Under the pieces are notes generated by a model. The model worked only from the letters and a program-made list of their open reading frames with translations, did not search any database and was not told the origin of the DNA. A stretch of 58,239 bases of DNA from Desulfobaccales bacterium (GTDB lineage Bacteria > Desulfobacterota > Desulfobaccia > Desulfobaccales > 0-14-0-80-60-11). Location: the NCBI GenBank assembly GCA_052139855.1, contig JBKQVS010000065.1, positions 1 to 58,239 of the forward strand, written 5' to 3'. Position numbers and translations under genes: made by a program. Each line of letters opens with the position of its first letter. Position 1 is the first letter of the stretch. Of this stretch, positions 29,924-39,862 are shown piece after piece.

Positions 29924-30714
29924 ACCCCGGCGAGCCTTCCCTAAATTTTCCCTACGATCTGGTCTCCCTGGGGCATTTCGAGGCCGGCGGCGGCTGGGAG
30001 GCCCAAATCCGCCAGTACGTCCGCAAAAAGTATCGCCAGGACCTGGCGGGGCTGGCTGGCCTTGACGCGGGCGCCCTGGCCGGCCTCTTCCGGGGGGAAC
30101 TGGTGACCGGCCGCCCCTACGCCACCATCCAGTGGGTCCTGCGGCTGGCGCCGTTCCGCCCCCTGGAACTCTTCCTGCTCTTCGACCAGGACCCCGAGTT
30201 CGGCACCGACCTCCGGGTCTTTTACGCCCGCAAGAGCCTGGCCGTCCCCACCGAGGACGCCTACGTCTTTGCCTGGGATTATGTGGCTCTCCTGGCCCGC
30301 TATGGCCGTGGCAGTTTTTCCCTGGAAAATGCCGGTCCCGGTCCTGACTGGCTGCCTTTTGGGAATTTTGCCCCCGAGGGCGCCGGCCCCATGCAGGACG
30401 TCTCCTTGGGAGCCCGGGAGGAGATCCTGGCCCAGGTGACCCCCGAAGTGGTGGAGGTGGCCGTGCGGCGGATGGATTGCGGGGCTTTCGCCCAGGCCGG
30501 CGGGGCCTGGGAGGTGGTCTGGCCCCTCTTGGGCGACCTGTCTTTCCGGTTCAGCTATGGCCCGGCCGGCTCCGGCCTGGCCTTTGACAGCCATGGGGCC
30601 CTAAAGTACGGACCGGAATTCCTCATGAGCTTAACCTGGCTCTATATCAATGGGCTGCTGCGGGAGTGCCGCCAGGTGGACGACGCCCTCCCCCAGCTGT
30701 CCCGCTATTTTTAA
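29920..30714 (+). CDS. Hypothetical protein (possibly DUF3786-like); probable CTG start overlapping the upstream TGA
   Basis: Frame of ORF 30103..30714 is open back to CTG 29920, which is preceded by GGAGG. Confidence 0.55.
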   Translation: MNPGEPSLNFPYDLVSLGHFEAGGGWEAQIRQYVRKKYRQDLAGLAGLDAGALAGLFRGELVTGRPYATIQWVLRLAPFRPLELFLLFDQDPEFGTDLRVFYARKSLAVPTEDAYVFAWDYVALLARYGRGSFSLENAGPGPDWLPFGNFAPEGAGPMQDVSLGAREEILAQVTPEVVEVAVRRMDCGAFAQAGGAWEVVWPLLGDLSFRFSYGPAGSGLAFDSHGALKYGPEFLMSLTWLYINGLLRECRQVDDALPQLSRYF

Positions 30715-30903
30715 CCACATGCAATGTATTTATTGCCATGAAGCCAGTATCGTCCTGCGCCCCACCTGAAACGGGGTGGAAATCGGCTGCCCGGGCTGCG
30801 GCCGCGTCTATTCGCCCGAGGAGACCAAAGAACTTCTCAGACAACATCGATTGGCCGGCCGGGACGAACCGCCATCGCCCTGCCGGTCCCATAATGAGGT
30901 TTC

Positions 30904-31200
30904 ATGAGCGCCCAACTGAAAGATTTGACCCGTTTGAACCAGCCGGCCCAGACCCGCTCCGGGATGGTCAAAATCAGCTACGGGGTCCATAACCTGGAGG
31001 CGGCCATCGCCGGCAAATCCGTCAGCGAGGTGCGCCAGTCCCTGAAAGAGCCTTTGAACATCGACCCCCGGGCCCTGGCCCTGGTCAACGGCCGGGACGT
31101 GGCCGCCTCCCATATCCTGAAGCAGGGCGACCAACTGGAGTTCGTGCGCCTGGCCGGTGAAAAGGGGAGAAACCCGCTGACCTGGCGATTTTCAGCCTGA
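30904..31200 (+). CDS. Ubiquitin-like (beta-grasp) protein with AGEKG motif and a 10-aa C-terminal extension
   Basis: GKSVSEVR..L...LNI......VNG.......LKQGDQLEFVRLAGEKG then RNPLTWRFSA. Confidence 0.8.
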   Translation: MSAQLKDLTRLNQPAQTRSGMVKISYGVHNLEAAIAGKSVSEVRQSLKEPLNIDPRALALVNGRDVAASHILKQGDQLEFVRLAGEKGRNPLTWRFSA

Positions 31201-31295
31201 TTTTTGACATGTCCCCTCAAAAAGGATAAGATAAATTCGTTGCAGCATCTTGTGCCCGTCAACGTCTCGCACTAAGGAAATAAGGGAGCTTACGA

Positions 31296-31514
31296 ATGGC
31301 CCGGGTTACTATTGAGGACTGCCTGGAACAAGTACCGACGCGCTTCGGCCTGATCCACCTGGCGGCCAAGCGGGTGCGCCAGATCTATCGCGGCGCCCCG
31401 GTTCTGGTCAAAGGGGACAACAAAGAGATCGTCATGGCCCTGCGGGAGATCGCCGCGGCTAAAATCGTGCCCACCACCCCTTTGAAAGCCTTCCCGGAAC
31501 CCGAAGAAGAATAA
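31296..31514 (+). CDS. rpoZ: RNA polymerase omega subunit
   Basis: MARVTIEDCL, RFGLIHLAAKRVRQ, ALREIA. Confidence 0.95.
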   Translation: MARVTIEDCLEQVPTRFGLIHLAAKRVRQIYRGAPVLVKGDNKEIVMALREIAAAKIVPTTPLKAFPEPEEE

Positions 31515-31595
31515 TCCCCGCCCCTCGCACCCGTTCCTGCCGTTGCCGCCTTTGCCTCCGGCCCGGCTGCGATGCGCCCGTGCGGCCCTTACCGG

Positions 31596-32549
31596 TCATC
31601 CCGGCAGGATACCCGCGCCGGCGCTTCTCCAGCACAGCACCGGACCCTGCGCTTCCGGCGCCCCATCCGAACCCCAGATCTCCAGGTCCCAATGCCACAC
31701 CTCCGGCCAGGGCCAGTTGGCCGCGATCTCACCCGCCACAAATTCCTGCAGTTCCCGGGAGGCGGCCTTCAACTCCTGGTTATCCGCCGCCGCCGTGAGC
31801 AAAGCCCCCAGGAGTTCCCCGAACTTCTCCTGCCAGGGTGGCCGGCCAGCCTCGGCCACCTTCAACCACTCGCCCCCATTCCGGCAGCCGGGCAAGGAGA
31901 ACTCTACCGTCCGGAGCGCGGTCCACTCCGGCCAGCCTTTCAACGTCAGGAACAGGGACCGGGAGGCGCGGCCCAGGAGCAGGGGCACCGACTGGTCCGG
32001 CGCCTCCAAGGCCATCACCCGGCGCCACAAGCGGTAGCGCAGTTTGGCCAGCTCCGGGTCCACCGTCTCCGCCACCCCGGAGACGACTCCGGAGGATCCC
32101 CCATCGTCCCAGGGTTCCGGCTTGAGGATATCTTGCAGCCAGTCATTCCCCCGGTCCACCAGCAGGAGTTGGGCATCCTGGTCCGCCTGCATCTTTTCCA
32201 GTTGCCAGGCCAGGGACCAGGCATCGGCTGAGGGTGGCTGCGGTTCCGCGTCCGCGGCCTGCCCATAGCCGCGTATGGCCTGGATCACATTCTCGCCTGC
32301 CCCCTCCTGGTCCCGGCGATAATCTTCAAAGGCCCGCCACTGGCTGAGGTCTCCGGGCTTATAATGCTCCAACTCCCGGGGGTGCACCTCGGCCTCCGAG
32401 GGCAACGGCATCCCCTGGTACGCCAGTTGTTCGGGCCACCCCGGGATAACCCCCACCTTCAAGTCAGGAAAATACAGCGGCAGGGTCCAAAACTCTTCCT
32501 GCCACGGCAGGATGAGCGGAAAGGCGACGATGTGCCAGGCCGATCCCAT
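31596..32549 (-). CDS. Hypothetical Trp/Pro-rich protein
   Basis: Long ORF with GGAGG RBS before ATG 32549. Confidence 0.65.
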   Translation of the reverse strand: MGSAWHIVAFPLILPWQEEFWTLPLYFPDLKVGVIPGWPEQLAYQGMPLPSEAEVHPRELEHYKPGDLSQWRAFEDYRRDQEGAGENVIQAIRGYGQAADAEPQPPSADAWSLAWQLEKMQADQDAQLLLVDRGNDWLQDILKPEPWDDGGSSGVVSGVAETVDPELAKLRYRLWRRVMALEAPDQSVPLLLGRASRSLFLTLKGWPEWTALRTVEFSLPGCRNGGEWLKVAEAGRPPWQEKFGELLGALLTAAADNQELKAASRELQEFVAGEIAANWPWPEVWHWDLEIWGSDGAPEAQGPVLCWRSAGAGILPG

Positions 32550-32740
32550 AAGCGCCTCCACCTCAATATGGTCCCAGGGATGCAAGGGGGCCCGCCGCCG
32601 GGCAGGCCCTCCCCATCTCCAGATCATTTTTTATATTCATATCCCAGGAGTCTTCCGGATACAAGGGTCAGCGCCGGGTGCAACAGAATTTCGGGGTTGG
32701 CAAGTATCGGTTCAGATGGCCTGGAAAGTTAATCAGAATT

Positions 32741-32765
32741 TGGTGGCGCAGGCGTCTCGCCTGTG
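32741..32765. repeat. REP-like repeat, family A copy 2
   Basis: TGGTGGCGCAGGCGTCTCGCCTGTG. Confidence 0.7.
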
Positions 32766-32820
32766 GGGATTAAACGTTCATGGCCGAAGCATTGGCCATC
32801 CCAAGGAATAAAATTCATTA

Positions 32821-32847
32821 TAGGGGCGGTGAGGGCACCGCCCCTGC
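32821..32847. repeat. REP-like palindrome, family B copy 1
   Basis: TAGGGGCGGTGAGGGCACCGCCCCTGC; related copy at 55641. Confidence 0.6.
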
Positions 32848-32989
32848 GGGAGATTTTCACGGTAAAACGGCGACCGAGATCCCCCCTTACAGACTTTTCA
32901 TAATTTACGGGTGGGCTAAAGGCCCATGCATAACTCCCCCAAGGAGGAATATTTTGTCAGCCCGCCCCACCGGCCGGACGCCGGTGCCG

Positions 32990-33469
32990 CTACACATGGT
33001 ACGGGTGGCCGCACTTGATGGTCATGGCCCGATAGAGCTGTTCCAGGAGGACGAGACGGGAGAGTTCATGCGTCAGGGTGAGGCGGGACAGCGCCAGGCG
33101 CTCGCCGGCCGCAGCCAGGGTCCCGGGGTCCAGCCCCAGGTGGCCGCCGACCAGAAAGGCCAGGGGCCGGGATTCCGACTCCCGCCGCGTAAGCCAGGCG
33201 GCGAATTCTTCCGAGCTGAATTCCCGGCCTGCCGGGGTGAGGGCGATAACGTAAGCCCGGGGCGGGATCTGGGCCCTGAGACGCTCGCCTTCCCGAATCC
33301 TGATCGTATCCGCGCTCAGGCCCCCCGCCTCTTTTTCTTCCCGGACGTTTTTCAGCGTCAGGTGCAGGAAGGGGTGCAGGCGCTTCTCATAGAAGCTCAG
33401 GCCCTCCCGGATAAAAGACTCCCGGGTCTTGCCCACCATCAGGATGGTTACGGCGAGCATGGGCCGCAC
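32990..33469 (-). CDS. rlmH: 23S rRNA pseudouridine-1915 N3-methyltransferase
   Basis: VGK, YEKRL, FLVGGHLG, LSRLTLTHELSRLVLLEQLYRA...HPYH. Confidence 0.95.
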   Translation of the reverse strand: MRPMLAVTILMVGKTRESFIREGLSFYEKRLHPFLHLTLKNVREEKEAGGLSADTIRIREGERLRAQIPPRAYVIALTPAGREFSSEEFAAWLTRRESESRPLAFLVGGHLGLDPGTLAAAGERLALSRLTLTHELSRLVLLEQLYRAMTIKCGHPYHV

Positions 33470-33481
33470 CCGGAGCAGGAT

Positions 33482-33898
33482 CTATGGCTCTTTTTCATTG
33501 GACAGCAGAAACCGGCTCTTGCCCGAGGCGATGCGGACCCCGTCGGCCACCCGGATGATCTCCCCCTCGGTCAGGCGGCGGCTGCCGGTTTTGGTGTGGA
33601 GCACCCCCCGCACCAGAATTGGCTCACCCGGCTTCAGCGGCGCATGAAACCGCACCTCCAGGCCCAGGGTGAGGCCGGGGCCGGCGAAATGCCACACCGC
33701 GTGGGCCATCAGCTCATCCAGCAGGGTGGCCAGGATGCCGCCGTGGATCACCTCGGCCCAGCCCTGGAACTCTCTCGGCAGCGAAATCTCGGTCTCGGCC
33801 GCCAACTCGGCTTCCCGGTAGACAACCGAAATCTTCAACCCCCGGGGATTGTCCCGGCCGCACACAAAGCAGTAATTGTCGGAAATGGGCGTGGTCAT
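33482..33898 (-). CDS. PaaI-family thioesterase
   Basis: CFVCGRDNPRGL, FQGW..VIHGGILATLLDE. Confidence 0.9.
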   Translation of the reverse strand: MTTPISDNYCFVCGRDNPRGLKISVVYREAELAAETEISLPREFQGWAEVIHGGILATLLDELMAHAVWHFAGPGLTLGLEVRFHAPLKPGEPILVRGVLHTKTGSRRLTEGEIIRVADGVRIASGKSRFLLSNEKEP

Positions 33899-33953
33899 GG
33901 CATACCCAAATAGAAAATATGGTTCCGGATCGGCGGCTTTCCGCCGCCTCCTC

Positions 33954-34565
33954 CTAAACCGCCAGGGGGTCCATCTTGATGGGGCCCATCACTTCGCCCT
34001 GGCCCAGCCGCCGCCCTAACTCCCGGGCCTGCTCCAGGACCTCCGGCCGGTCATGGATGGCCCCTTTTTCATCCACCCCCCGCACCAGGATCTCCGCGGC
34101 ATACCTGACATTGATGGCGTCGAAGAAATACTTGGCCACCAGCCGGGAGCCCACGAACAGCAGCCGCCCCTTGGTGGCGCCGGTCACCAACAGCACCCCC
34201 TGGCGGTTGCCGCCGGGAAAATCATCCTTCAGCACGTAGCGCCGGGCCCACAACGCCTGGGTCCGGTCGATCATGGCCTTGGCCTGGGCCGACAGGCTGT
34301 AAAAAAACACCGGCGACCCCAGGGCCACCACGTCGGCCTCCACCAGCTTGTCATACAGCCCCCGCATTTCATCCTTAATAGGGCAGGTGCCCGCCTTGAA
34401 ACAATGATATATTTCCAGGCAGGGAGAAATTTTCAGGTCGCGCAGGAAGATTTCTTCCACCAGCGCCCCGGTCTCTGCCGCCCCCTGGAGAAATGCCTTC
34501 ATGAGGGTGTCTGAGTTCCCCTCCCGCCGGGGACTGCCAAAGATGCCCAAAACTTTCATAGCCAT
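33954..34565 (-). CDS. Flavodoxin-like / iron-sulfur flavoprotein (NADPH-dependent FMN reductase family)
   Basis: GSPRREGNS, CLEIYHC....C.IKDEM, GSPVFF, KAMIDR. Confidence 0.88.
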   Translation of the reverse strand: MAMKVLGIFGSPRREGNSDTLMKAFLQGAAETGALVEEIFLRDLKISPCLEIYHCFKAGTCPIKDEMRGLYDKLVEADVVALGSPVFFYSLSAQAKAMIDRTQALWARRYVLKDDFPGGNRQGVLLVTGATKGRLLFVGSRLVAKYFFDAINVRYAAEILVRGVDEKGAIHDRPEVLEQARELGRRLGQGEVMGPIKMDPLAV

Positions 34566-34772
34566 CTCCTTGAGGTGATGAGTAACAATATGGATAACCG
34601 ATGGGAGATGTCAAGGAGAGACGTTTTTTTGGTTTATGAATTTCTCGTTTCCCCTTATCTTAGGGGAGGAATGCCGCCGTTGCCCCAACCCGCGACAGGC
34701 GTAATAACCCTGGACTTTCCCCCGCCTCCCGGCGAGCCGGTGGCCGCCTTTAAATAGAGCATACCGACCCTT

Positions 34773-36380
34773 ATGAAAGAAATGGAAAAAATGGGAAAAA
34801 TGGAATTAGTCGTCAGCATTCAAAACCTGGAATCCCTCACCACCGCCCTGGACTGCGGCGCGGGCGCGGTGGCCGCCCCCCTGCCCCGGAACCCGGATTC
34901 CCGGGTCCTCTCCGAACTGGCCGACTGGCGGGACGCAGCCCGGCGGCAGGGAAGCAAATTCTATCTCGCCTGGGATTGGCTGCTGCGGGAGCGGGACCTG
35001 GCCGGGGTGCCGGATATGCTCGCCGCCGTGGCCCGCATCGATCCCGATGCCTTGCAACTTCGCGATCTGGGTCTCGTCCGGGAGGCGCGCCGGCATTATC
35101 CCCACCTCCCTCTCCAGGCCGCCGGCGACTTCGGAACCCACAATTCCCCGGGGCTGCGGCTGGCGGCCGCCCTCGGATTCACCCGGGTGGTGATCGCGGC
35201 TCCCGTCAGCCTCAAGGACCTGGCCTTGATGCGGCGCCAAACCGCCCTGCCTCTGGCCGTCGCCCTGGCCACCGGCTGTCAGGCCTATGCCGGCTCCTGT
35301 CTCTTGGACGAGTACCTGGGGCTGGGTTGCGATGCCTGCTGCCTGGCCCGGCCGGAAAACCCCGGCACCCTCATGGCCGCCCTCGAGACCTTTTCCGGCC
35401 TCTGTCAGTTGGGGATAGAGGCGGTCCAGCTCCGGGGCGAGCTCTTTGCTCCCGCCTCCCTGGCCCGGGTGATCGGGCTCTATCAATCCGTGGCCACAGC
35501 CTCCCCCATGGAGCGTCCCCGGGTCCTGGCCGCCGCCCGCCAGGTGGTGGAGGCCTTTGGCGAGACCCTCCGGCTGTCCCCTCCGGCCCCGGAAACCCCT
35601 CCCGGCCCCCCGGTGTACCCGCTGCCGCCCACCCAGCGGAGCGTTGCGGCATCCCCCCGCCCCGGGTTGCTGGGCCGGGGCCGCATCTGGCTCGAGGTCC
35701 GGGATTACGCCGAGGCCGCGGCCCTGGCCCGGGAGTGGCGCGAGCCCCTGGCCCTGGCCCTGACTTCGGATAACTATGCCGCCTTCCTGAACGAGCATCG
35801 CCATTGGGATCCCCGCCGGCTTCTCTGGCGGCTGCCCCCCGCCATCCCGGAATCGGCCCTGGCCTTCTACCAGAAGGCCCTGGAGACCCTCAGGCAGGGA
35901 GGTTATAACCGCTTTCTGGCCGGGGATTGGGGCGCGGTGGCCCTCATCGGCGCGGCCGGGGGCCAGGTCTTTGGCGATCAAACCTTGGGGGTGCGTAATT
36001 CCTGGTCCGTGGCCGCCAGCCGGGAGCTCAAAGTCAACCGGGTCTGCCTGCCCCCGGGACATCGGTCCGATCACTGGCAGGCGATGCTGGCCGCTGCCCC
36101 CACCGGCAGTTTCTGGAGTTACCTCTACCGCTGCGCCGTCCTGGCCGTCTGCTCCGAAGCCGCTGCGGCCCAGACCCCGCCTGACAACCTGCGCTTCATT
36201 ATCGAAGACGGCAAAGCCCTCCTCTGCCTCAAAGCTCCCCAGAATCTCCACGAGCTGGAGCCCTGGTTCAAACAGCAGTCCATCCTGCCCCTGGTGGTGG
36301 CCCTGCCCCACAGCCCCCGGCCCCGGGGCCAGCTCCCGCCTTGGCTGGTCCCCCGCCCCCAGGACCGCCCCCGCCGGTAA
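34773..36380 (+). CDS. Divergent peptidase-U32-family protein (RlhA-like architecture)
   Basis: DALQLRDLGL, HN..G......LGFTRVV, Cys cluster C-x6-C-x9-C-x2-C. Confidence 0.65.
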   Translation: MKEMEKMGKMELVVSIQNLESLTTALDCGAGAVAAPLPRNPDSRVLSELADWRDAARRQGSKFYLAWDWLLRERDLAGVPDMLAAVARIDPDALQLRDLGLVREARRHYPHLPLQAAGDFGTHNSPGLRLAAALGFTRVVIAAPVSLKDLALMRRQTALPLAVALATGCQAYAGSCLLDEYLGLGCDACCLARPENPGTLMAALETFSGLCQLGIEAVQLRGELFAPASLARVIGLYQSVATASPMERPRVLAAARQVVEAFGETLRLSPPAPETPPGPPVYPLPPTQRSVAASPRPGLLGRGRIWLEVRDYAEAAALAREWREPLALALTSDNYAAFLNEHRHWDPRRLLWRLPPAIPESALAFYQKALETLRQGGYNRFLAGDWGAVALIGAAGGQVFGDQTLGVRNSWSVAASRELKVNRVCLPPGHRSDHWQAMLAAAPTGSFWSYLYRCAVLAVCSEAAAAQTPPDNLRFIIEDGKALLCLKAPQNLHELEPWFKQQSILPLVVALPHSPRPRGQLPPWLVPRPQDRPRR

Positions 36381-36459
36381 ATAAATTGCAGGCTCAGGGC
36401 CTTTTTGATATATTTACGACAAAAATGAGAGGCATAGCCTCGAACCAAGGAGCGTTTTA

Positions 36460-36966
36460 ATGGCCCATACGTCATCTCGCCGTTTCTTAACCATGGCTCG
36501 GATGCTGCTGGTGGCCGTCTGCGTCCTGGCCCTGGCCTCGCCGGGCTGGGGGGGCGACAAGGCCGCCCCGAACTTTTCCCTGAAAGATGTGCTCCAGGGC
36601 AAGGAATACTCCCTTAGCCAGTTCAAGGGTAAGGTAGTCGTGCTCAACTTCTTTACGTTCTTCTGCGGTCCGTGCCGGGATGAAATGCCGGACCTGAACA
36701 AGATCAATAACGAACTCAAGGGCCGGGGCCTCCAGACCCTGGGGATCGCCCTCAGTTCCGACCCCACCCAAATCCGCTTCCTGGTGAAGCAACTGGGCCT
36801 GGAATACCCGGTGCTCATCGGCAACGACAAGGTGGGCGATAGCTATGGCAGCATCGCCGTGGTGCCCACCACCGTCATCATCGACAAGCAGGGCAACGTC
36901 GCCCAGAGGATCGAGGGCACCCGGAAAAAAGAAACCTTCATGAAATTGATCGAACCGTTGCTCTAA
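36460..36966 (+). CDS. TlpA/ResA-family thioredoxin-like disulfide reductase
   Basis: KGKVVVLNFFTFFCGPCRDEMP, VPTTVIIDKQG; signal peptide. Confidence 0.92.
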   Translation: MAHTSSRRFLTMARMLLVAVCVLALASPGWGGDKAAPNFSLKDVLQGKEYSLSQFKGKVVVLNFFTFFCGPCRDEMPDLNKINNELKGRGLQTLGIALSSDPTQIRFLVKQLGLEYPVLIGNDKVGDSYGSIAVVPTTVIIDKQGNVAQRIEGTRKKETFMKLIEPLL

Positions 36967-37135
36967 CCGGCGTCCGGCCTGATATCCCGTAAATCACCCG
37001 GATTGGTGGCCATTAACCCCCTTACGGAAAAACGGAAAAACGGACCGAATGAGATTGAGGGGCGGCGGCCCGGCGTAAGTCCTTCCTGCCGCGCCCCTCT
37101 CCTGCCCTATACCCTTCAACCGGAGAGGATCATCT

Positions 37136-38884
37136 ATGGGCCCCTGGCAAGAGCTACCGGAATGGGCCCAGGAATTGGCGGAGCATTTCCAGGCGGGCGA
37201 ATCGGCCCTCTTTATCCTCCACGGCCAGGTCTTCGACTATACCCGGGTGAATGGCGATTACCTGCCCTTCCGCCATTTTCTGGGCCATTGGCTGGCCCAA
37301 ACTCGCCAGGTGGTCTTCTACAATCTCGGCCTTGGACTTGAGTTCTGGGACGCCGCCGGGGAAAACGCCTTCCGCCTGGCCCTCGAGCCCCCCGCCCCCG
37401 AGGCCGACGGCGCCGAAGACCTCTCCCGGGTCCGGGCCCGGGCTTTAGGCGCCCTGGGCCAATCCCCCGCGCCCCCGCCCCTCCCCCAGAGTCCCCGGGA
37501 AGTGCTCCAACTGGCCGAACGCGTCATGGCCGCCCCCTGCCGGCCCGGCAGCCTGCCCCAGCCCCTGGCCCTGATCCTCGAGTACGCCGAAACCATTGTC
37601 CCCGCGGTGGACCTCGGGTCCATGACCGAAGCGGACCGGGCCTCCCTGGTCACCCTGCTGCGCTGGGCCCGCCAGCGGGAGTTGGTGGAGCAGAGCCATG
37701 TGGTTATCCTCACCACCGGCAACCTGGCCGAATTAAACGGCAACCTCCTCTTGAGCCGCCACGGGGCCCAGATCATCGAGGTGCCGCCGCCGGATCAGGC
37801 CGCCCGCCTTAACTTCATCGAACACTGCCTCGCCTCGGGCCCCTGCCGCCTGGAACTCACTTCCCAGGGGCTGGCCAATCTGGCCGCGGGCTTAAGCCTC
37901 CAGGTGGTGCGCTCCCTCCTCAACCACTCCCGGCGCGCCCCCCTCACCCTGGAGATGGTGCGCCGCAAGAAAAAGGACCTGCTGCGCCAGGAACTGGTGG
38001 GGCTCATCGAAGTCATCGAACCCCGGTTCGGCCTCGAAGAAATCGGCGGCCTGGAGCCAATCAAGGCCTATTTCTCTCAGATCGTCCAGGCTATTCACGC
38101 CGGCGACCACAAACTGGTGCCCCGGGGCATCACCATGATGGGCCCCCCGGGCGTGGGCAAGACCGCCCTGGCCGAGGCCCTGGCCCGGGACATCGGCTTC
38201 AATTTCGTCAAGCTCTTGAACCCCCGCACCAAGTGGGTGGGCGAAAGCGAACGCAATTTCTTCAAGGCCCTCACCACCCTAAGGAGCTTAACCCCCCTGG
38301 TGGTGGTGGAAGACGAGGCCGATCAGAGTGAGCATGGCCGCGATGAGTACTCCGGCGACACCGGGGTCAGCAACCGCCTCCGGCAGATGCGCTTCGAGTT
38401 CGTCGGCGACCCCGCCATCCAGGGCAAAGTCCTGTGGATCAGGATCACCAACCGCCCGGATCGCCTGGACCGGGCCGACCTGCGCTCCGGCCGTTCCAGC
38501 GAACGTATCCCCTTCTTCATGCCGGATTTCGCCGAAAAGTGTCACATCTTCCAAGTCGTGGCCCGGCGCAGTCACATCGCCTGCGATTGTGGGGATTTTT
38601 CCGAGGTCACCCGTCACCTCGAGGCGCGCCACCCCGACATGATCACCGGCGGGGACATCGAGGAACTGGTCTTCCGGGCCTACCGCCAGGCCCGCCTGGC
38701 CGGCCGGGACCAGGTGACCCCCCAGGACTTCTACCAGGTGATCGACGACTTTCTGCCGCCCCACCAGACCGAGGTCCTGCGCCACATGGAGCGCCTGGCC
38801 CTGAACCAGTGCTCCTCCCGCCGCTTTGTCCCGGACCGGGTCTGGGCCTGGGCCGCCGCCGGCGAGGAAGGGGAGGAAGATTGA
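37136..38884 (+). CDS. AAA+ ATPase with degenerate N-terminal AAA module and intact C-terminal AAA module
   Basis: IGGLE, GPPGVGKT (Walker A), VVEDEAD (Walker B), TNRPDRLD...RSGR; N-half LILEYAE. Confidence 0.9.
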   Translation: MGPWQELPEWAQELAEHFQAGESALFILHGQVFDYTRVNGDYLPFRHFLGHWLAQTRQVVFYNLGLGLEFWDAAGENAFRLALEPPAPEADGAEDLSRVRARALGALGQSPAPPPLPQSPREVLQLAERVMAAPCRPGSLPQPLALILEYAETIVPAVDLGSMTEADRASLVTLLRWARQRELVEQSHVVILTTGNLAELNGNLLLSRHGAQIIEVPPPDQAARLNFIEHCLASGPCRLELTSQGLANLAAGLSLQVVRSLLNHSRRAPLTLEMVRRKKKDLLRQELVGLIEVIEPRFGLEEIGGLEPIKAYFSQIVQAIHAGDHKLVPRGITMMGPPGVGKTALAEALARDIGFNFVKLLNPRTKWVGESERNFFKALTTLRSLTPLVVVEDEADQSEHGRDEYSGDTGVSNRLRQMRFEFVGDPAIQGKVLWIRITNRPDRLDRADLRSGRSSERIPFFMPDFAEKCHIFQVVARRSHIACDCGDFSEVTRHLEARHPDMITGGDIEELVFRAYRQARLAGRDQVTPQDFYQVIDDFLPPHQTEVLRHMERLALNQCSSRRFVPDRVWAWAAAGEEGEED

Positions 38885-38905
38885 TTTCAAGTTTTTGGAG
38901 ATTTT

Positions 38906-39862
38906 ATGTCGGAAGATTCCATTAATTGTCCAGTGTGCGGACTTGAAGAAGCAGATTATTTTCAAAAGGATGACGATAAATTCGAAATTAATTGTTTTAG
39001 GTGTGGAAATTTCATTATTTCGCAAGATGATTTGTTATCTTTTGAAAAAGAAGAAGGATTTTTTATAAATCTAAAATTGTCATCCTGGATTCGGAATTTT
39101 AACGAACAAAACGATGAAGTTCCGGAAATCGATTTGTTAGATGTCGAATTCTTAGAACTTCTTTCGGACAAAATTTCTAATTATAGCCATAAAGAAAGGC
39201 AACTATTCTTTCTTCAAAATATCAGGCGTAAGACAAAATACCCTGGATTTGTTGTTAAGATATCAACTCCACTTGACATGGCCCTGGCTTGGGCAACAAC
39301 CGAAGAGGAATTCATTTATTACATAAATTCCCTTATTGAGAAGGGCCTGCTACGAAAAACGGAAGGAGATAATTTAATATTAACTATAAATGACTTGGCA
39401 TCTTTGGTTTTAGCCCCCGATGGCTGGGATTATCTCGAACAACACGAACGTCATATTGAAGACCGGACCCAGGCATTTGTAGCGATGTCGTTTTCGGATG
39501 ATTTAGAATATATCTGGGAGGGTCCAATATATAATGCTATTACAAAAGCCGGTTATAAGCCATATCGGGTCGATGCCGAACCGCACAGCGACCGCATAGA
39601 TGCAAAGATTATCTCGGAAATTAAAAATTCCCGTTTCGTCGAAGCCGATATTACTGAACAGAAACGCGGCGTCTACTTTGAGGCGGGGTACGCGCTAGGT
39701 ATGGGGCTACCCGTGCTATGGTGTGTCAGGAAAGACGACATGGATAAAGTTCACTTTGATACCCGCCAATACAACCATATCGTGTGGGAAACAGCGGACG
39801 ACCTCGAAACCCGGCTTTATGATTTTATTTGTGCAATCATCGGCAAAGGAAAAGGTGCCTAA
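38906..39862 (+). CDS. Zn-ribbon + nucleoside 2-deoxyribosyltransferase/TIR-like domain protein
   Basis: CPVC...CFRC; AFVAMSF, ADITEQKRGVYFEAGYALG, HFDTRQYNHI; AT-rich. Confidence 0.75.
   Translation: MSEDSINCPVCGLEEADYFQKDDDKFEINCFRCGNFIISQDDLLSFEKEEGFFINLKLSSWIRNFNEQNDEVPEIDLLDVEFLELLSDKISNYSHKERQLFFLQNIRRKTKYPGFVVKISTPLDMALAWATTEEEFIYYINSLIEKGLLRKTEGDNLILTINDLASLVLAPDGWDYLEQHERHIEDRTQAFVAMSFSDDLEYIWEGPIYNAITKAGYKPYRVDAEPHSDRIDAKIISEIKNSRFVEADITEQKRGVYFEAGYALGMGLPVLWCVRKDDMDKVHFDTRQYNHIVWETADDLETRLYDFICAIIGKGKGA

Noticed and set aside
30904-31200. Canonical thiS/moaD
   Set aside because: No terminal GG, AGEKG motif with an extension, no cofactor genes nearby.
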